Virus record (IMG/VR): IMGVR_UViG_3300027996_003878
Length of the DNA: 64,000 nt
Reading direction: 5' to 3' (one strand)
Origin: a virus
Taxonomy: Duplodnaviria > Caudoviricetes
This document shows, piece by piece, positions 36,318-46,216 of the stretch. The notes under the pieces were generated by a model. It was given only the letters and a program-made list of their open reading frames with translations, had not been told where the DNA came from and made no database searches. Positions within the stretch are counted from its first letter, which is position 1, and every line of letters starts with the position of its first letter. The translations under genes were made by a program, and so were the position numbers.

Positions 36318-36761
36318 TTAAAGGTTATCTAGGCTGTCTTCAACATCTTCAATGCAACCTGCAATGCATTCGGTAAAGCCGTCCGGTCCTCCCAGACAGC
36401 TTTCCTTATACTTAACCTCATCTTTGACACAAGATTCCGTTATATTAAAACACTGTCTAATTTTTTGGGCGCAAGAGTTAGCCATGTCGCCACATGCATT
36501 TCTGCAATCATCTTCACTGGCACATGTATACATCTCTTCGCACCCTTGGCAGGAATGATTGCAGCTATTGGCATTATCAAAGCACTTTTCTAAATCATTA
36601 AAGCATTGATCGCCTTCAGGGCACTTATGCTCGGCTCCTAAGCATAAATTATTTATTTCATTACATTCCCTTATACAGCCTGAAGTATCGGGAAAGCTTA
36701 AATTAAAAGAACATCCGGTAGTTAATATAATATAAATAGTAAGAATTTTTTTTATATTCAT
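36318..36761 (-). CDS. Cys-rich putative lipoprotein
   Basis: ILTTGC lipobox-like; about 18 regularly spaced Cys. Confidence 0.75.
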   Translation of the reverse strand: MNIKKILTIYIILTTGCSFNLSFPDTSGCIRECNEINNLCLGAEHKCPEGDQCFNDLEKCFDNANSCNHSCQGCEEMYTCASEDDCRNACGDMANSCAQKIRQCFNITESCVKDEVKYKESCLGGPDGFTECIAGCIEDVEDSLDNL

Positions 36762-36892
36762 AGATCCTTATTTTTTTTGAGTTTTTACCTTCTTACCTTA
36801 ATAATTTGTGATTTATAAAAAACAATCACTCGATAAAAAATAATATTAAACAATTGTTATATTTAATATTGGGGCTTTAAATAAAAAAAATT

Positions 36893-38002
36893 ATGTTATA
36901 TAAAAATTTAATCTGGCTATTAATTATTATTTCTTTTGCTATAAATTGCGCTTCTGGGGGCGAAGAAGGTGAAAATCTTCAGTCAGAGAGCGCGGGAGGG
37001 AATTCGGGAGCAAGTGAGCCTGGGTTTTATTTTGAGGACCCGGATGAGGAGCCGCCTCCTTTGATATCAGAAGTTGACGATCTTTGCTTTGTAGAAAAGA
37101 TTGAAAGCACTTTAGCTAATTATGACATCATCATATTGCTTGATAGATCCGGCAGCATGGATTCCCCTTACAGATGGCAGGTTGTTATAAATTCTCTAAA
37201 TATTTTTTTTGAAAACAAGCAATCCGAAGGACTAAATATTGGATTGAACTTCTTCCCTCCAGAGCCCATATATGACGAAAATTTAATTATAAAATATGAA
37301 AAAGATCAATGTGATCCAAATAGCTATTCTCCAACTCATGTGCCACTTGACTCACTTCCACAGCATGTCAGCACTTTAAAAGATGCATTGCTTAATGCGT
37401 CACCTGAGGGAGACGCAACTCCCTTGTACGGAGCACTACAAGGCACCTATTTGGCATCAAAGACGCTTAAATCAGCTAGTACAAATGATTCTATTGTAAT
37501 TTTAGCAACAGATGGGATGCCTTCCGCATGCAATACTTCGTATTTAGAAATAACTAAACTTGCGGATGATGCTTATAAAAATGATAACATAAAAACGTAT
37601 GTGATTGGCCTATCAGGCTCCGACTTTTCACTTTTGAATGGAATTGCTTTTGTTGGAGGTACAGAGAACGCCTTTGATATCAGCTCTAACAGCACATTAT
37701 TTTTAGATAAAATGAAAGAAATAAGAAATAGCTTTAAGTGTCAATACAAAGTGTTAGATGATAATTTAGATCTTGCTAGCGGGATAGTTGAATATCACTC
37801 TAGCATTGGCTTTCCCGACTGGTCCATCCCACAAGTAGAAAAAAAATCTGATTGTCATAATACTATGGGTTGGTATTATGACATCAGCTCAAAGCCTTAT
37901 GCGATAGTGTTGTGCGATCAAGTTTGCGATTTAGTAACTAGCGATCCAAATCCTGAAATATACATTGGGTTTCAATGTTTAGAGAGCGATAATTTAAAAT
38001 AA
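36893..38002 (+). CDS. secreted vWA domain protein (myxobacterial type)
   Basis: Signal peptide, DRSGSM MIDAS, TPL..AL, ILATDGMP, KTYVIG, C-terminal C..GWYYD..C...C. Confidence 0.88.
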   Translation: MLYKNLIWLLIIISFAINCASGGEEGENLQSESAGGNSGASEPGFYFEDPDEEPPPLISEVDDLCFVEKIESTLANYDIIILLDRSGSMDSPYRWQVVINSLNIFFENKQSEGLNIGLNFFPPEPIYDENLIIKYEKDQCDPNSYSPTHVPLDSLPQHVSTLKDALLNASPEGDATPLYGALQGTYLASKTLKSASTNDSIVILATDGMPSACNTSYLEITKLADDAYKNDNIKTYVIGLSGSDFSLLNGIAFVGGTENAFDISSNSTLFLDKMKEIRNSFKCQYKVLDDNLDLASGIVEYHSSIGFPDWSIPQVEKKSDCHNTMGWYYDISSKPYAIVLCDQVCDLVTSDPNPEIYIGFQCLESDNLK

Positions 38003-38098
38003 AAGAAGAACAATCGATAGTCAGTACATTTATTTAAAATAAAGGCTTATAAGGATATTTTTATATCTATTTTGAAACACTTAAGTCTGATTTTTATT

Positions 38099-40996
38099 AT
38101 GAATGATTACAAAAAAGATAGCGCTGCGATTCAGTTAAAGAAAAAAATCTCTGCATCAAGAAAGCATGCGATAGAGCTTCATGCAGTAAGTCCCTATAAC
38201 TTTACAAAAGTTGCAGACATCATTGATAGCCTGTCAAAGGCATGGAATTGGATAACAGATCCAGAATTTAGATTGGATTTAAAAAAACTAAATGTAAAAA
38301 CTGTAAAAACTGAGAAGTTAATTAAAGAATTAAAAGATAAAACCAATACTTTACTCAGAGCAATTGATGCTGGCAATTTAGTCGGCTATGACAGCGCCCT
38401 TAAAGAGGTTAAACGTCTATCTACTGAACTAAACCGAGCGACATCTGAGGCCCAATCTATACAAAGAAATATGGGCGAAACGGTTATTGATGAAGTAGAG
38501 CAAAGGTACACAGAAACAAAACCAGTTGATAAGGCTGAACCAAAAAAACCAAAACCAAAGACAAAGCCAAAGACAACGCCAAAGACAAAGGCAAGAGCGC
38601 CCTCAGCGCCGCCTAAGGAGCGCGGGGAGGAGCGCGGGGAGGAGAACGGCGAGAGCATCACCCAAGAGCCAAAGAAGCCCTCAGAGGCGCCAGAGCCACC
38701 TGCAAAGACGGATAAGGAGTCTCCCCAAGAGGAGCAAGATAGCGCAAGTTTAATTCAAGCTATAGATCGTCAAATTGAATCGCTAAAAGAGCCAGAGATA
38801 GTACCTGAAACTAAGCAAAAAATAACAAGAAATTTAAGAAAGAAAATATTAGGACTTTATGCGTTAACTCAAAGAGGTGAGCGTGGCGAAGCTACGGCTG
38901 CTGAAAACGTTCTAAAGACTATCTTGCAAAAGATTAAAACAGAAGATCAGGACATACCACTTCTCGGAAGTTCGATTCCATCTTATGAAGACTTTTTAAA
39001 CCGAGCGCCTTTTTACTTATCGAAAATGCCCGCTCCAGAAAGTGATATCGAAGGAAAGCCTGAGTCCAAAGAAGAGGCCAAAAAGGAGCCGATCAAAAAA
39101 AGAAGAATCGTTCAGCTGCCCATGCCGCCGGAAGAAGCGACAAAAGAGCTTGAGCTGGTGGAAGAAAAAACAATTAAAGAGAACTCTAATGATGGTAATG
39201 TCGAGCTTATAGAGGATGCCTTGAGCAATATTAGTGTTGCCCAGCCGGAAGGTATGTTTGATAATTTTGCAAGCGGACTTAGCGGTAAAGGTTTAAAAGG
39301 AATTAGAGTTATTGGAAATAAACTTATAGGAGACGCAGAAGATCCAAATACGAAAGATCCTATGAGTAGAGGTAAAGATTTAGATGATTACGAAGATTTT
39401 TCAAACAAATCAAGCGGCATTGGATTTGACTACATACTATACTCACCGAAAGGCAACGTAAATAAATTCAATGTTGTGCCATTTTCAAAAAAAGCTATAA
39501 AAATATTGGGAGAGCTGAAAGGACTGGAGAAACTTCAACCATCGGCGGCTTTGGTCATTGAAAAAGAGTTACAGAAAAAAAGCCCAACAAAAGTATCAGA
39601 AAAACCGTCTCAAGAAAAAGAAACCGCTTTTGATGAAGGCAATTACGAAGAACCCGAAGAAGTTGTATTAAAAGACAAAAGTAAAAAAGAAAAAGCTCTT
39701 ACAGAAAAGATAAAGCAAGAATTTGATGACAAAGGCTTAGATGTTCCAGATTGGTTGCTAGATTCTATGAGAATGAGTTCAAAAGTCACAAAGCCATACT
39801 TCCCAACGACTTATAACTTAAATTATTTGATTTTTAAAGCTGAAAAAGATTTTTTTACAGATAAAATACAGAGTGAATTTGATGTCAACAATGCAGACAT
39901 GCCGTCACTGCTTGAACCACTTAACCCAGGCACATCCGTTAACACCAAGGCTAAAGAAAGCGAGTCAGAGGACACTCAAGACGAAGATTCGGCGGAAGAG
40001 TTAAGTGAGGGAAAAGTAAGAAAACAAATGAGAGGCTTGTATTTTAGCAAAGGTAAGACAAAGCAAGATTTTTCAACTACAAAAGAGGATATCAGAAAAC
40101 TTCGTGATGTCGGCATCACTGATGCTGACATTTATAATTTTAAAAAAATACCAGCAAAATCATCGCCTGCATCGGTTCCATATGCAAAAAGATCGGGTGA
40201 AATATATAAATGGGTAGCAAAAACAAAAGCAACAATGTCGGATGCGGAACTTGAGCTAATATTAGATAATGTAAAATCAGAAATATTAAAAGATTCAGAA
40301 AAATATCCAGAATTTAAAGGCCTTAATAGAGAAGCTTTAGATAAGCAGGGCTGGCTGTCTCATTATATAATTAAATCTATAAGAGAAGATCTTCCGATTC
40401 ATTGGAAAGGTAAAGATCAAAACATTGTAAGCGCACAATGGATTTATGGTCTAGCTAATATCTTTTTAAAATTGGCAATGCCCAGATTAAAAGTTGCAGG
40501 CGACAAAAATAAGGCGTCCGAAGCCGATTATATGTATCACGTTACCTACTACAAGGATCTTGGATCCATAGCAGACTCGGGATTGAACCCAGGGGGCGGC
40601 TCCGCTATGGGAAAGGGAGGGCACTCCGGACATAGCCGGGGGCGCACCTTTATGACCGAAAAGGACGGCCTTTCCTTCTGGTTCGGCAGAATGGAAGAAC
40701 ACGCGGAGGCCGACAGCGACGATCCGCTGGGCGAAGGATACGTTCCGGTCTCACTACGGTTCCCGAAGCCCAAGGGCCTGGAGGAGGACGAGGCCGGAAC
40801 CTCCGACGCAATGGCAGAATCTTACTTTCTCGAAGGTTCGGTTCCTCCTGGCGAGGTCGAACTCTGGGATGGTAATTCCTGGATCGCGCTAACCTCCTGG
40901 GAGAGCGTGAACCCGGAGGAATCCTTCGACGTGGACGAGTACGACGGGGAGAAATGGCACATCTTCAAGGGTGATAACCCTCTTTATCCCGGTTAG
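38099..40996 (+). CDS. large multidomain protein: K/P-rich linker, DUF2786-like hairpin, C-terminal ART-like domain
   Basis: KKILGLYAL.QRGERGEATAAENVL; YMYHVTY...I..SGL.P...FMT. Confidence 0.75.
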   Translation: MNDYKKDSAAIQLKKKISASRKHAIELHAVSPYNFTKVADIIDSLSKAWNWITDPEFRLDLKKLNVKTVKTEKLIKELKDKTNTLLRAIDAGNLVGYDSALKEVKRLSTELNRATSEAQSIQRNMGETVIDEVEQRYTETKPVDKAEPKKPKPKTKPKTTPKTKARAPSAPPKERGEERGEENGESITQEPKKPSEAPEPPAKTDKESPQEEQDSASLIQAIDRQIESLKEPEIVPETKQKITRNLRKKILGLYALTQRGERGEATAAENVLKTILQKIKTEDQDIPLLGSSIPSYEDFLNRAPFYLSKMPAPESDIEGKPESKEEAKKEPIKKRRIVQLPMPPEEATKELELVEEKTIKENSNDGNVELIEDALSNISVAQPEGMFDNFASGLSGKGLKGIRVIGNKLIGDAEDPNTKDPMSRGKDLDDYEDFSNKSSGIGFDYILYSPKGNVNKFNVVPFSKKAIKILGELKGLEKLQPSAALVIEKELQKKSPTKVSEKPSQEKETAFDEGNYEEPEEVVLKDKSKKEKALTEKIKQEFDDKGLDVPDWLLDSMRMSSKVTKPYFPTTYNLNYLIFKAEKDFFTDKIQSEFDVNNADMPSLLEPLNPGTSVNTKAKESESEDTQDEDSAEELSEGKVRKQMRGLYFSKGKTKQDFSTTKEDIRKLRDVGITDADIYNFKKIPAKSSPASVPYAKRSGEIYKWVAKTKATMSDAELELILDNVKSEILKDSEKYPEFKGLNREALDKQGWLSHYIIKSIREDLPIHWKGKDQNIVSAQWIYGLANIFLKLAMPRLKVAGDKNKASEADYMYHVTYYKDLGSIADSGLNPGGGSAMGKGGHSGHSRGRTFMTEKDGLSFWFGRMEEHAEADSDDPLGEGYVPVSLRFPKPKGLEEDEAGTSDAMAESYFLEGSVPPGEVELWDGNSWIALTSWESVNPEESFDVDEYDGEKWHIFKGDNPLYPG

Positions 40997-41074
40997 TCTC
41001 GGGTCGCTTATCGCGGATTCAGGGCATAGCTGATATTTTATGAAGCTGACAAACTAAAGTGAAGGGAATATACA

Positions 41075-41209
41075 ATGAAACTGATCTCATGGCACAAAGA
41101 AACACTAAATAAATTTAAGTCAAAATTTAATTTGACAGATTATCAAGTTGCTTGGATATCTTTCGCTAAAGGAATCGCAGTTGGTCTTTTAATATGCCAT
41201 CTTCTATAG
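41075..41209 (+). CDS. small membrane protein (44 aa)
   Basis: MKLISWHKETLNKFKSKFNLTDYQVAWISFAKGIAVGLLICHLL. Confidence 0.6.
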   Translation: MKLISWHKETLNKFKSKFNLTDYQVAWISFAKGIAVGLLICHLL

Positions 41210-41300
41210 GCGCTCGTGTGCAATTCGGCTTGCACAGCTAAATAGCCATCCACAAAAGGATGATCAGTTATAAATCTTTTTTTAACCTTAACTTCACTTT

Positions 41301-42173
41301 TCATTGGCAATTTTTTGCGTCACTGTACCCACGATCAATCATTTTACTAATATCACTAGAGTCAAAATTAAACAGATCGTCATTTAACGAAACGCTTGGC
41401 CTAATAATTCGTATTTTTATATCGCTATACTTACTTACAACTAAATCATTGTCCAAGCCAATTGAATGAAAGTCAGCTGCCATAATTCTATCGGTCATTA
41501 AGTCTAAGCTACGATAAGCAATATCTAAAACTGACCACCATCTCCCAGAAGGACGCCACTCTTTTGTATAAGAATTACCGGGAGAGCATGAAATTACATC
41601 AATATATTTGGCCCCAAGCCTTATTGCCTGACCAATTGGCGTACTAACTTTTATTCCACCATCAATCCACCACTTACCATTGATTATTTTCGGCTTCATA
41701 ATAACAGGCAAGCTTGCTGAAGCTACCGCCCATTCATCAAGATTAAAATCATTTTCACTAGAAAAATATTTTTCTCCAGTATTTAGACAAACAGCTCCAA
41801 TTCTAACATTTTTATTAGAATTTCTTATTTTCTCTATATCAAAGTCTGACTTTATTAACTTTATTAGCGGGCTTGAGTCAAATATAGACCATTTCCATAG
41901 CGCAGATATTTTTCCAAAAGGCTTCCAACCGCAAAATATTCTGGAAACTGTCAAGTCATGCCAAATATTATATAAATTATCATAAGCTTCAGAAGAATCA
42001 CCCAAGGGAATTGCGGCAAGCTTTAAAGCATTTAAAGCGCCAACGCTCACACCACATAAAATGTCGTAATCTAAGCCGTCCTCTTTAAGCCATTTTTTTA
42101 AAACGCCAACTTGGTAGGCGCCCTTTATACCTCCACCAGAAAGGACCAATGCTCGCTTGTTAGATTCTTTCAT
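41301..42173 (-). CDS. patatin-like phospholipase
   Basis: LSGGGIKGAYQ, GVSVG, DGG. Confidence 0.95.
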   Translation of the reverse strand: MKESNKRALVLSGGGIKGAYQVGVLKKWLKEDGLDYDILCGVSVGALNALKLAAIPLGDSSEAYDNLYNIWHDLTVSRIFCGWKPFGKISALWKWSIFDSSPLIKLIKSDFDIEKIRNSNKNVRIGAVCLNTGEKYFSSENDFNLDEWAVASASLPVIMKPKIINGKWWIDGGIKVSTPIGQAIRLGAKYIDVISCSPGNSYTKEWRPSGRWWSVLDIAYRSLDLMTDRIMAADFHSIGLDNDLVVSKYSDIKIRIIRPSVSLNDDLFNFDSSDISKMIDRGYSDAKNCQ

Positions 42174-42236
42174 TAAAGTAAAAAAAATGATGCATATAAC
42201 TATATAGCATCATTTTAATTTTTTTTACTTTAAAGT

Positions 42237-42551
42237 TTATTTCGCGTCTGTCATCTGCGCCACTGTCTTTTTAAATTCATCGTTGTCTCTCAGCCACTTG
42301 TAAACTTTTCTTAAAATTTCTGCATTTTTATTATCAGATGTGCTTAAATTTGAAGCCGACTCAGGCTCACAATTATCGCACCAATGCATGATAAATATTT
42401 TAAATTCAAAAAGGTTAGAAGAATCTCTGGTTGCCGGCATATTGCATACCATGCACTTGGGCTTGATCTTTTCTAAATTGATCAACAGCTCATTTTCATA
42501 TGATTCGTTTTTTTTTGCCAGTTCTAGTATTGATTCAAGTTTCTTTAACAT
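42237..42551 (-). CDS. hypothetical zinc-finger protein
   Basis: CMVC...WCDNC. Confidence 0.6.
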   Translation of the reverse strand: MLKKLESILELAKKNESYENELLINLEKIKPKCMVCNMPATRDSSNLFEFKIFIMHWCDNCEPESASNLSTSDNKNAEILRKVYKWLRDNDEFKKTVAQMTDAK

Positions 42552-42694
42552 TAATTAAATTTAATTTTATTATTAGAATAATATTGAATTTAATTAATCT
42601 ATAAAGAAATAACTTTAGTGAATCTTAAATATCTATACTTATAATTCCAAAGCCCAGCGCAGTTATATCATTTTCCGCCGTCAATCACCAACTT

Positions 42695-42889
42695 TCATTG
42701 TTCACCATCATCAATCTCGCCATCAATGCTAACAAGAAACTCTTTGCCGTCTTGTCCCCAAACCATCTCACACTCGTTATTATGGAGATGTTGTGCAAGT
42801 TCTTCGTGTTCCTTTTCAAGATATTCCACGATTGCTTGTTTTAACTCATCTGCCGTGAGGTAGATTGTTTTGAGTGATGTAGTTTTCAT
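42695..42889 (-). CDS. hypothetical protein
   Basis: 64-aa ORF. Confidence 0.65.
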   Translation of the reverse strand: MKTTSLKTIYLTADELKQAIVEYLEKEHEELAQHLHNNECEMVWGQDGKEFLVSIDGEIDDGEQ

Positions 42890-42970
42890 TCTTTATTCTC
42901 CAACCAACTTTGTAATGTGCTCGCAAAACTCTAAAATCATTTCAGTTCTTTTTTGAGTTCTTTGATTTTG

Positions 42971-43448
42971 TCAGCCATTTTCTTTCTCCTCACAGGTACA
43001 TTCTTGGTCTGGATAACCGGCATCGTGATGAGCACAGTTATACCACTTTGAGTTATCAAATTGATAATGCCCGTCAAGAACTTTCATTTCTAAATGCAGG
43101 TCTTCATAGTTCTCAACATAACCACCGCTAGTTCGTCCATCCAGTCGGTTCAGAAGGTTGATTGATGCTTCGCCTGCCCATAGGTCATCTTCGTTCTTCT
43201 GAGGAAAAGCATTACCTTCAACAAAATCAATAATAATGCTGTCTAAATCTCTAATCTCATCTGCTGCTCTGCGACAAAGAGATTTCAAGCGAATGATTTC
43301 TTTTTTTAACTCTCGCTGATAATCAAGTCGCTCTTGTGGAACACCAGTATCAAGAAAATTATGAACTGATAACTCTCGTTGTAGTTCTGTATTCTCTTTT
43401 TTTGAGTTCTTCTACTTGCTTTTTGAGTTCTTTGATTTCGTTAGTCAT
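42971..43448 (-). pseudogene. hypothetical protein split by a frameshift in an A7 run
   Basis: MTNEIKELKKQVEELKK joins ENTELQRELSV...LKSLCRR if one A is removed at 43397-43403. Confidence 0.6.
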
Positions 43449-43580
43449 TCTCTTCTCTCTCAAAAAGGTGTTAGGCAACCAGACCACCTAACTGACTGTT
43501 TCCAGTCCCACCCGCAGATTAGCAATCATGGAGTTTATCCCTCTCCCGCTTCATCCTTACAATCGGGGTAACTTCATTTG

Positions 43581-43697
43581 AAGGAGTGGCAGGATTTTCA
43601 CCTGCAAGCGACCAAGTGTTCCCTTGTAAGATTCTTATTCCTTGGTCCGGGTCGTGTATCATCTCAGTAGAACCCTGCGTAATGCCGCCTCACTCCT
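43581..43697 (-). ncRNA. tRNA-like cloverleaf RNA with enlarged arms
   Basis: AGGAGTG/CACTCCT, GCG/CGC, GGGT/ACCC, GACCAAG/CTTGGTC, GCAGG-TGAAAAT-CCTGC. Confidence 0.6.
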
Positions 43698-43716
43698 AGA
43701 ATCAATATAAGTCGCT

Positions 43717-43971
43717 TTATTTTTCTTTCAAGCCTTTTCGGCAAAGGTAATTTTTATGAAAGTCGAAATCATCTGAATAATCTTTTTCTATTGAGTTAGT
43801 ACTTGGGGTGAAAAAAAATACGGGGGGAAATAAATCACCCTTATCAAAACTTCTAGCTGAAAAATTTTCGATATTATTAATATATCTTTCACTTCTTTGT
43901 TTATGCCACGGATCAGTTCTTGGTAAAGTTGCAAAAAAAATTAAAGACATATATATAAAAAATATTTTCAT
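43717..43971 (-). CDS. hypothetical protein with signal-like N-terminus
   Basis: 84-aa ORF. Confidence 0.5.
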   Translation of the reverse strand: MKIFFIYMSLIFFATLPRTDPWHKQRSERYINNIENFSARSFDKGDLFPPVFFFTPSTNSIEKDYSDDFDFHKNYLCRKGLKEK

Positions 43972-43997
43972 GCAAATATATTTTTAAATGCGTAATT

Positions 43998-44420
43998 TTA
44001 AAATATATACTCCCAGTTAAGATAAACATTTGGAGACAAACCAAATGTTTTTTGAAACTTACTAACGCTTGATGGATATTCGAAGTCCTTGAAGTTACAA
44101 ACCATCAATAACTCAATTTCTTTTTTTAATTTATTTTCACAAATATTTGCAGGTGCAGAGGTTATCTCAAACGAATAAGGAAAAGCCGCCCTCTGATCAA
44201 GCACATCACTTATTACATTCGCATTACTTAAGATAGCAGAGATTTCAATTTTAAAATCATTAAGACGAAAAGAGGGGTACGTAGAGGAGATATAATCAGA
44301 AATAATTTTGTAAATTTTATCTAAATTAATTAGATCGTTAGAAATTAACGTATCACCTTTAATGGTAAAATTTATGCAATCGACTTCTAGTCGCATTCTG
44401 TAATGTACGTCATCAAACAT
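43998..44420 (-). CDS. hypothetical protein
   Basis: 140-aa ORF. Confidence 0.6.
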   Translation of the reverse strand: MFDDVHYRMRLEVDCINFTIKGDTLISNDLINLDKIYKIISDYISSTYPSFRLNDFKIEISAILSNANVISDVLDQRAAFPYSFEITSAPANICENKLKKEIELLMVCNFKDFEYPSSVSKFQKTFGLSPNVYLNWEYIF

Positions 44421-44839
44421 TTCATTTTTATCCTTTCAAAATCATCTCTATCAATAAATATATTCATCTTTTTTGCCAAAATCAAGGCCTTACGCCAAGC
44501 TGCAAATTCCTCGTCTAGAGTAATAATATTTTCAAAACTGTTTTTCTTTTTTATTTTTTTCTCACAAAATCTATGTTGATAAACATAATCATAGTAAGTT
44601 CCTCGCGCAACTAAAATATGCCCAATTTCGTGCAGCAAGCAATAAACTTTATTCTTTGCAGATCTTCTTTTGTTTATAAAGATATGATTTAAATCTAAAG
44701 AAACAAAATCAGTTATATTATATTTTTCAGTAACTTTCCAATTGTATTTTTTACAATACTTAATCAGTTTTTTATATTGAAATTCGTAATATTCGTTAGA
44801 TCCAATTTTAAGCCGTCCCATATGAATCCGATTATTCAA
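44387..44839 (-). CDS. ImmA/IrrE-like HExxH metallopeptidase
   Basis: LLHEIGH...EEFAAW. Confidence 0.75.
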   Translation of the reverse strand: MNNRIHMGRLKIGSNEYYEFQYKKLIKYCKKYNWKVTEKYNITDFVSLDLNHIFINKRRSAKNKVYCLLHEIGHILVARGTYYDYVYQHRFCEKKIKKKNSFENIITLDEEFAAWRKALILAKKMNIFIDRDDFERIKMKCLMTYITECD

Positions 44840-44875
44840 TAATCATTGTCACTCGACGATTGCATTAAGATTGAT

Positions 44876-45532
44876 TCACTCAGGTAAATTAAAGACACTT
44901 ACAACCGACCTAAGTGCTATCTTTCTGAAAGTCCGTGTTAAAGCAAATCTTTTAAACTCAAACGGAGGAGGTTCTTTTTGCTCTGAAAAGAACTTCCGCC
45001 TAGCCTCATCCTCTTTTTCAGCCTGTATTTTTACTAACTCTTGAATTAATTTAATTGCATTCTGCTTGCTTAATATTAAATCATTTTTTTCAGACCAACT
45101 AATATCTGACATCATTAAGACTGGCGCCAATCGAGAGTTCCAAAGGTCATAATCCTTTATATTAATTTTTTTAAGGTCATTTTTTAAGAAATTAATGTGA
45201 TAATCACCTGTTCTAATGTTATATTTCAACTCAACAAACAAAGGGATATCAACAAACTGCAAAAGACTGGTATTATCTTTACTAAAATAATCAATGCCTT
45301 TGCTTATTTCCTCACCAGCATCACCTTCCAATATTTTTTTTGGATCAATTTGAAACTCAACGTCCAAATCATATTCAGCCTCGACCGCACCAGGCTCCAT
45401 TTCACTTGAACGCTCACTTGGACGCTCATTATCTACCTCAGCAAGAGGCAGCGCCCTCTCAACTCTAGTTTCATCGCTAGCAACAAGCACATCAAATAAG
45501 CTTGAGAATTTTAAAATGTCTACAATTTTCAT
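44876..45532 (-). CDS. hypothetical protein with leader-like N-terminus
   Basis: ILKFSSLFDVLVAS. Confidence 0.7.
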   Translation of the reverse strand: MKIVDILKFSSLFDVLVASDETRVERALPLAEVDNERPSERSSEMEPGAVEAEYDLDVEFQIDPKKILEGDAGEEISKGIDYFSKDNTSLLQFVDIPLFVELKYNIRTGDYHINFLKNDLKKINIKDYDLWNSRLAPVLMMSDISWSEKNDLILSKQNAIKLIQELVKIQAEKEDEARRKFFSEQKEPPPFEFKRFALTRTFRKIALRSVVSVFNLPE

Positions 45533-45593
45533 CCTGTATATATGTTAATAATTTACCATAGAATCGAAATGATTTTTCATCAGGGAATATGGA

Positions 45594-45944
45594 ATGAATA
45601 GTAAAATTATTAACAATATCAATAAACTAGCTAATATATTTCTTTTAAAGACTGCGGCAAAAAAAAAGAAAGAAGAATTAGATCCAAAGGCAAAGGTAAG
45701 AAACAGAGGTGTAGTTGTTTTTCCAGCCGAAAGTGATAAAGTATTAGATAATAAAGATCATTTTCCAATTAATAATTTAAGACAAGCTAGAAACGCTTTA
45801 TCCAGAGCAAATCAATACGATAAATCGCCCGATTGGTATAAGGGATCTTTAAAATCATTGGTAAAAGAAGTGGCGAATGCTGTAAAAAATAAATTTAAAA
45901 GCATTAACGTCACCAAAGCATCCGAAAAGCCAGGGAAAGGCTGA
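45594..45944 (+). CDS. basic phage protein with shared leader
   Basis: INKLANIFLLKTAA; FPI...ARNALSRA.Q motif. Confidence 0.75.
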   Translation: MNSKIINNINKLANIFLLKTAAKKKKEELDPKAKVRNRGVVVFPAESDKVLDNKDHFPINNLRQARNALSRANQYDKSPDWYKGSLKSLVKEVANAVKNKFKSINVTKASEKPGKG

Positions 45945-45946
45945 AA

Positions 45947-46216
45947 ATGTCATTCAGCATTTGCAGCACCCAACAGCTAAGCGATGAATTAGAGGCGTGG
46001 CTGGCATGTGAAGAGAATAAAAATAAATTATCCAAACATGCAGGTCAATTTGTAATGATAAGTTTCAAATATGGAATTATTGAATTCGGTCCCACAAAAA
46101 AATCCGTAATAAATAAAGTCAGAAAGTCATTTACAAGAAATAAATATTCTAAAGAGCGACTATTGGATCCTACTGTAATTATCTTTGTGGACTTTGTTTC
46201 TTGGCCAACATCTTAA
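45947..46216 (+). CDS. hypothetical protein
   Basis: 89-aa ORF. Confidence 0.55.
   Translation: MSFSICSTQQLSDELEAWLACEENKNKLSKHAGQFVMISFKYGIIEFGPTKKSVINKVRKSFTRNKYSKERLLDPTVIIFVDFVSWPTS

Noticed and set aside
43590-43630. Cobalamin riboswitch (GGGAA...GGTGAAAATCC)
   Set aside because: The conserved downstream GCCACTG/B12-box context is absent and the flanks pair as a tRNA-like acceptor stem instead.
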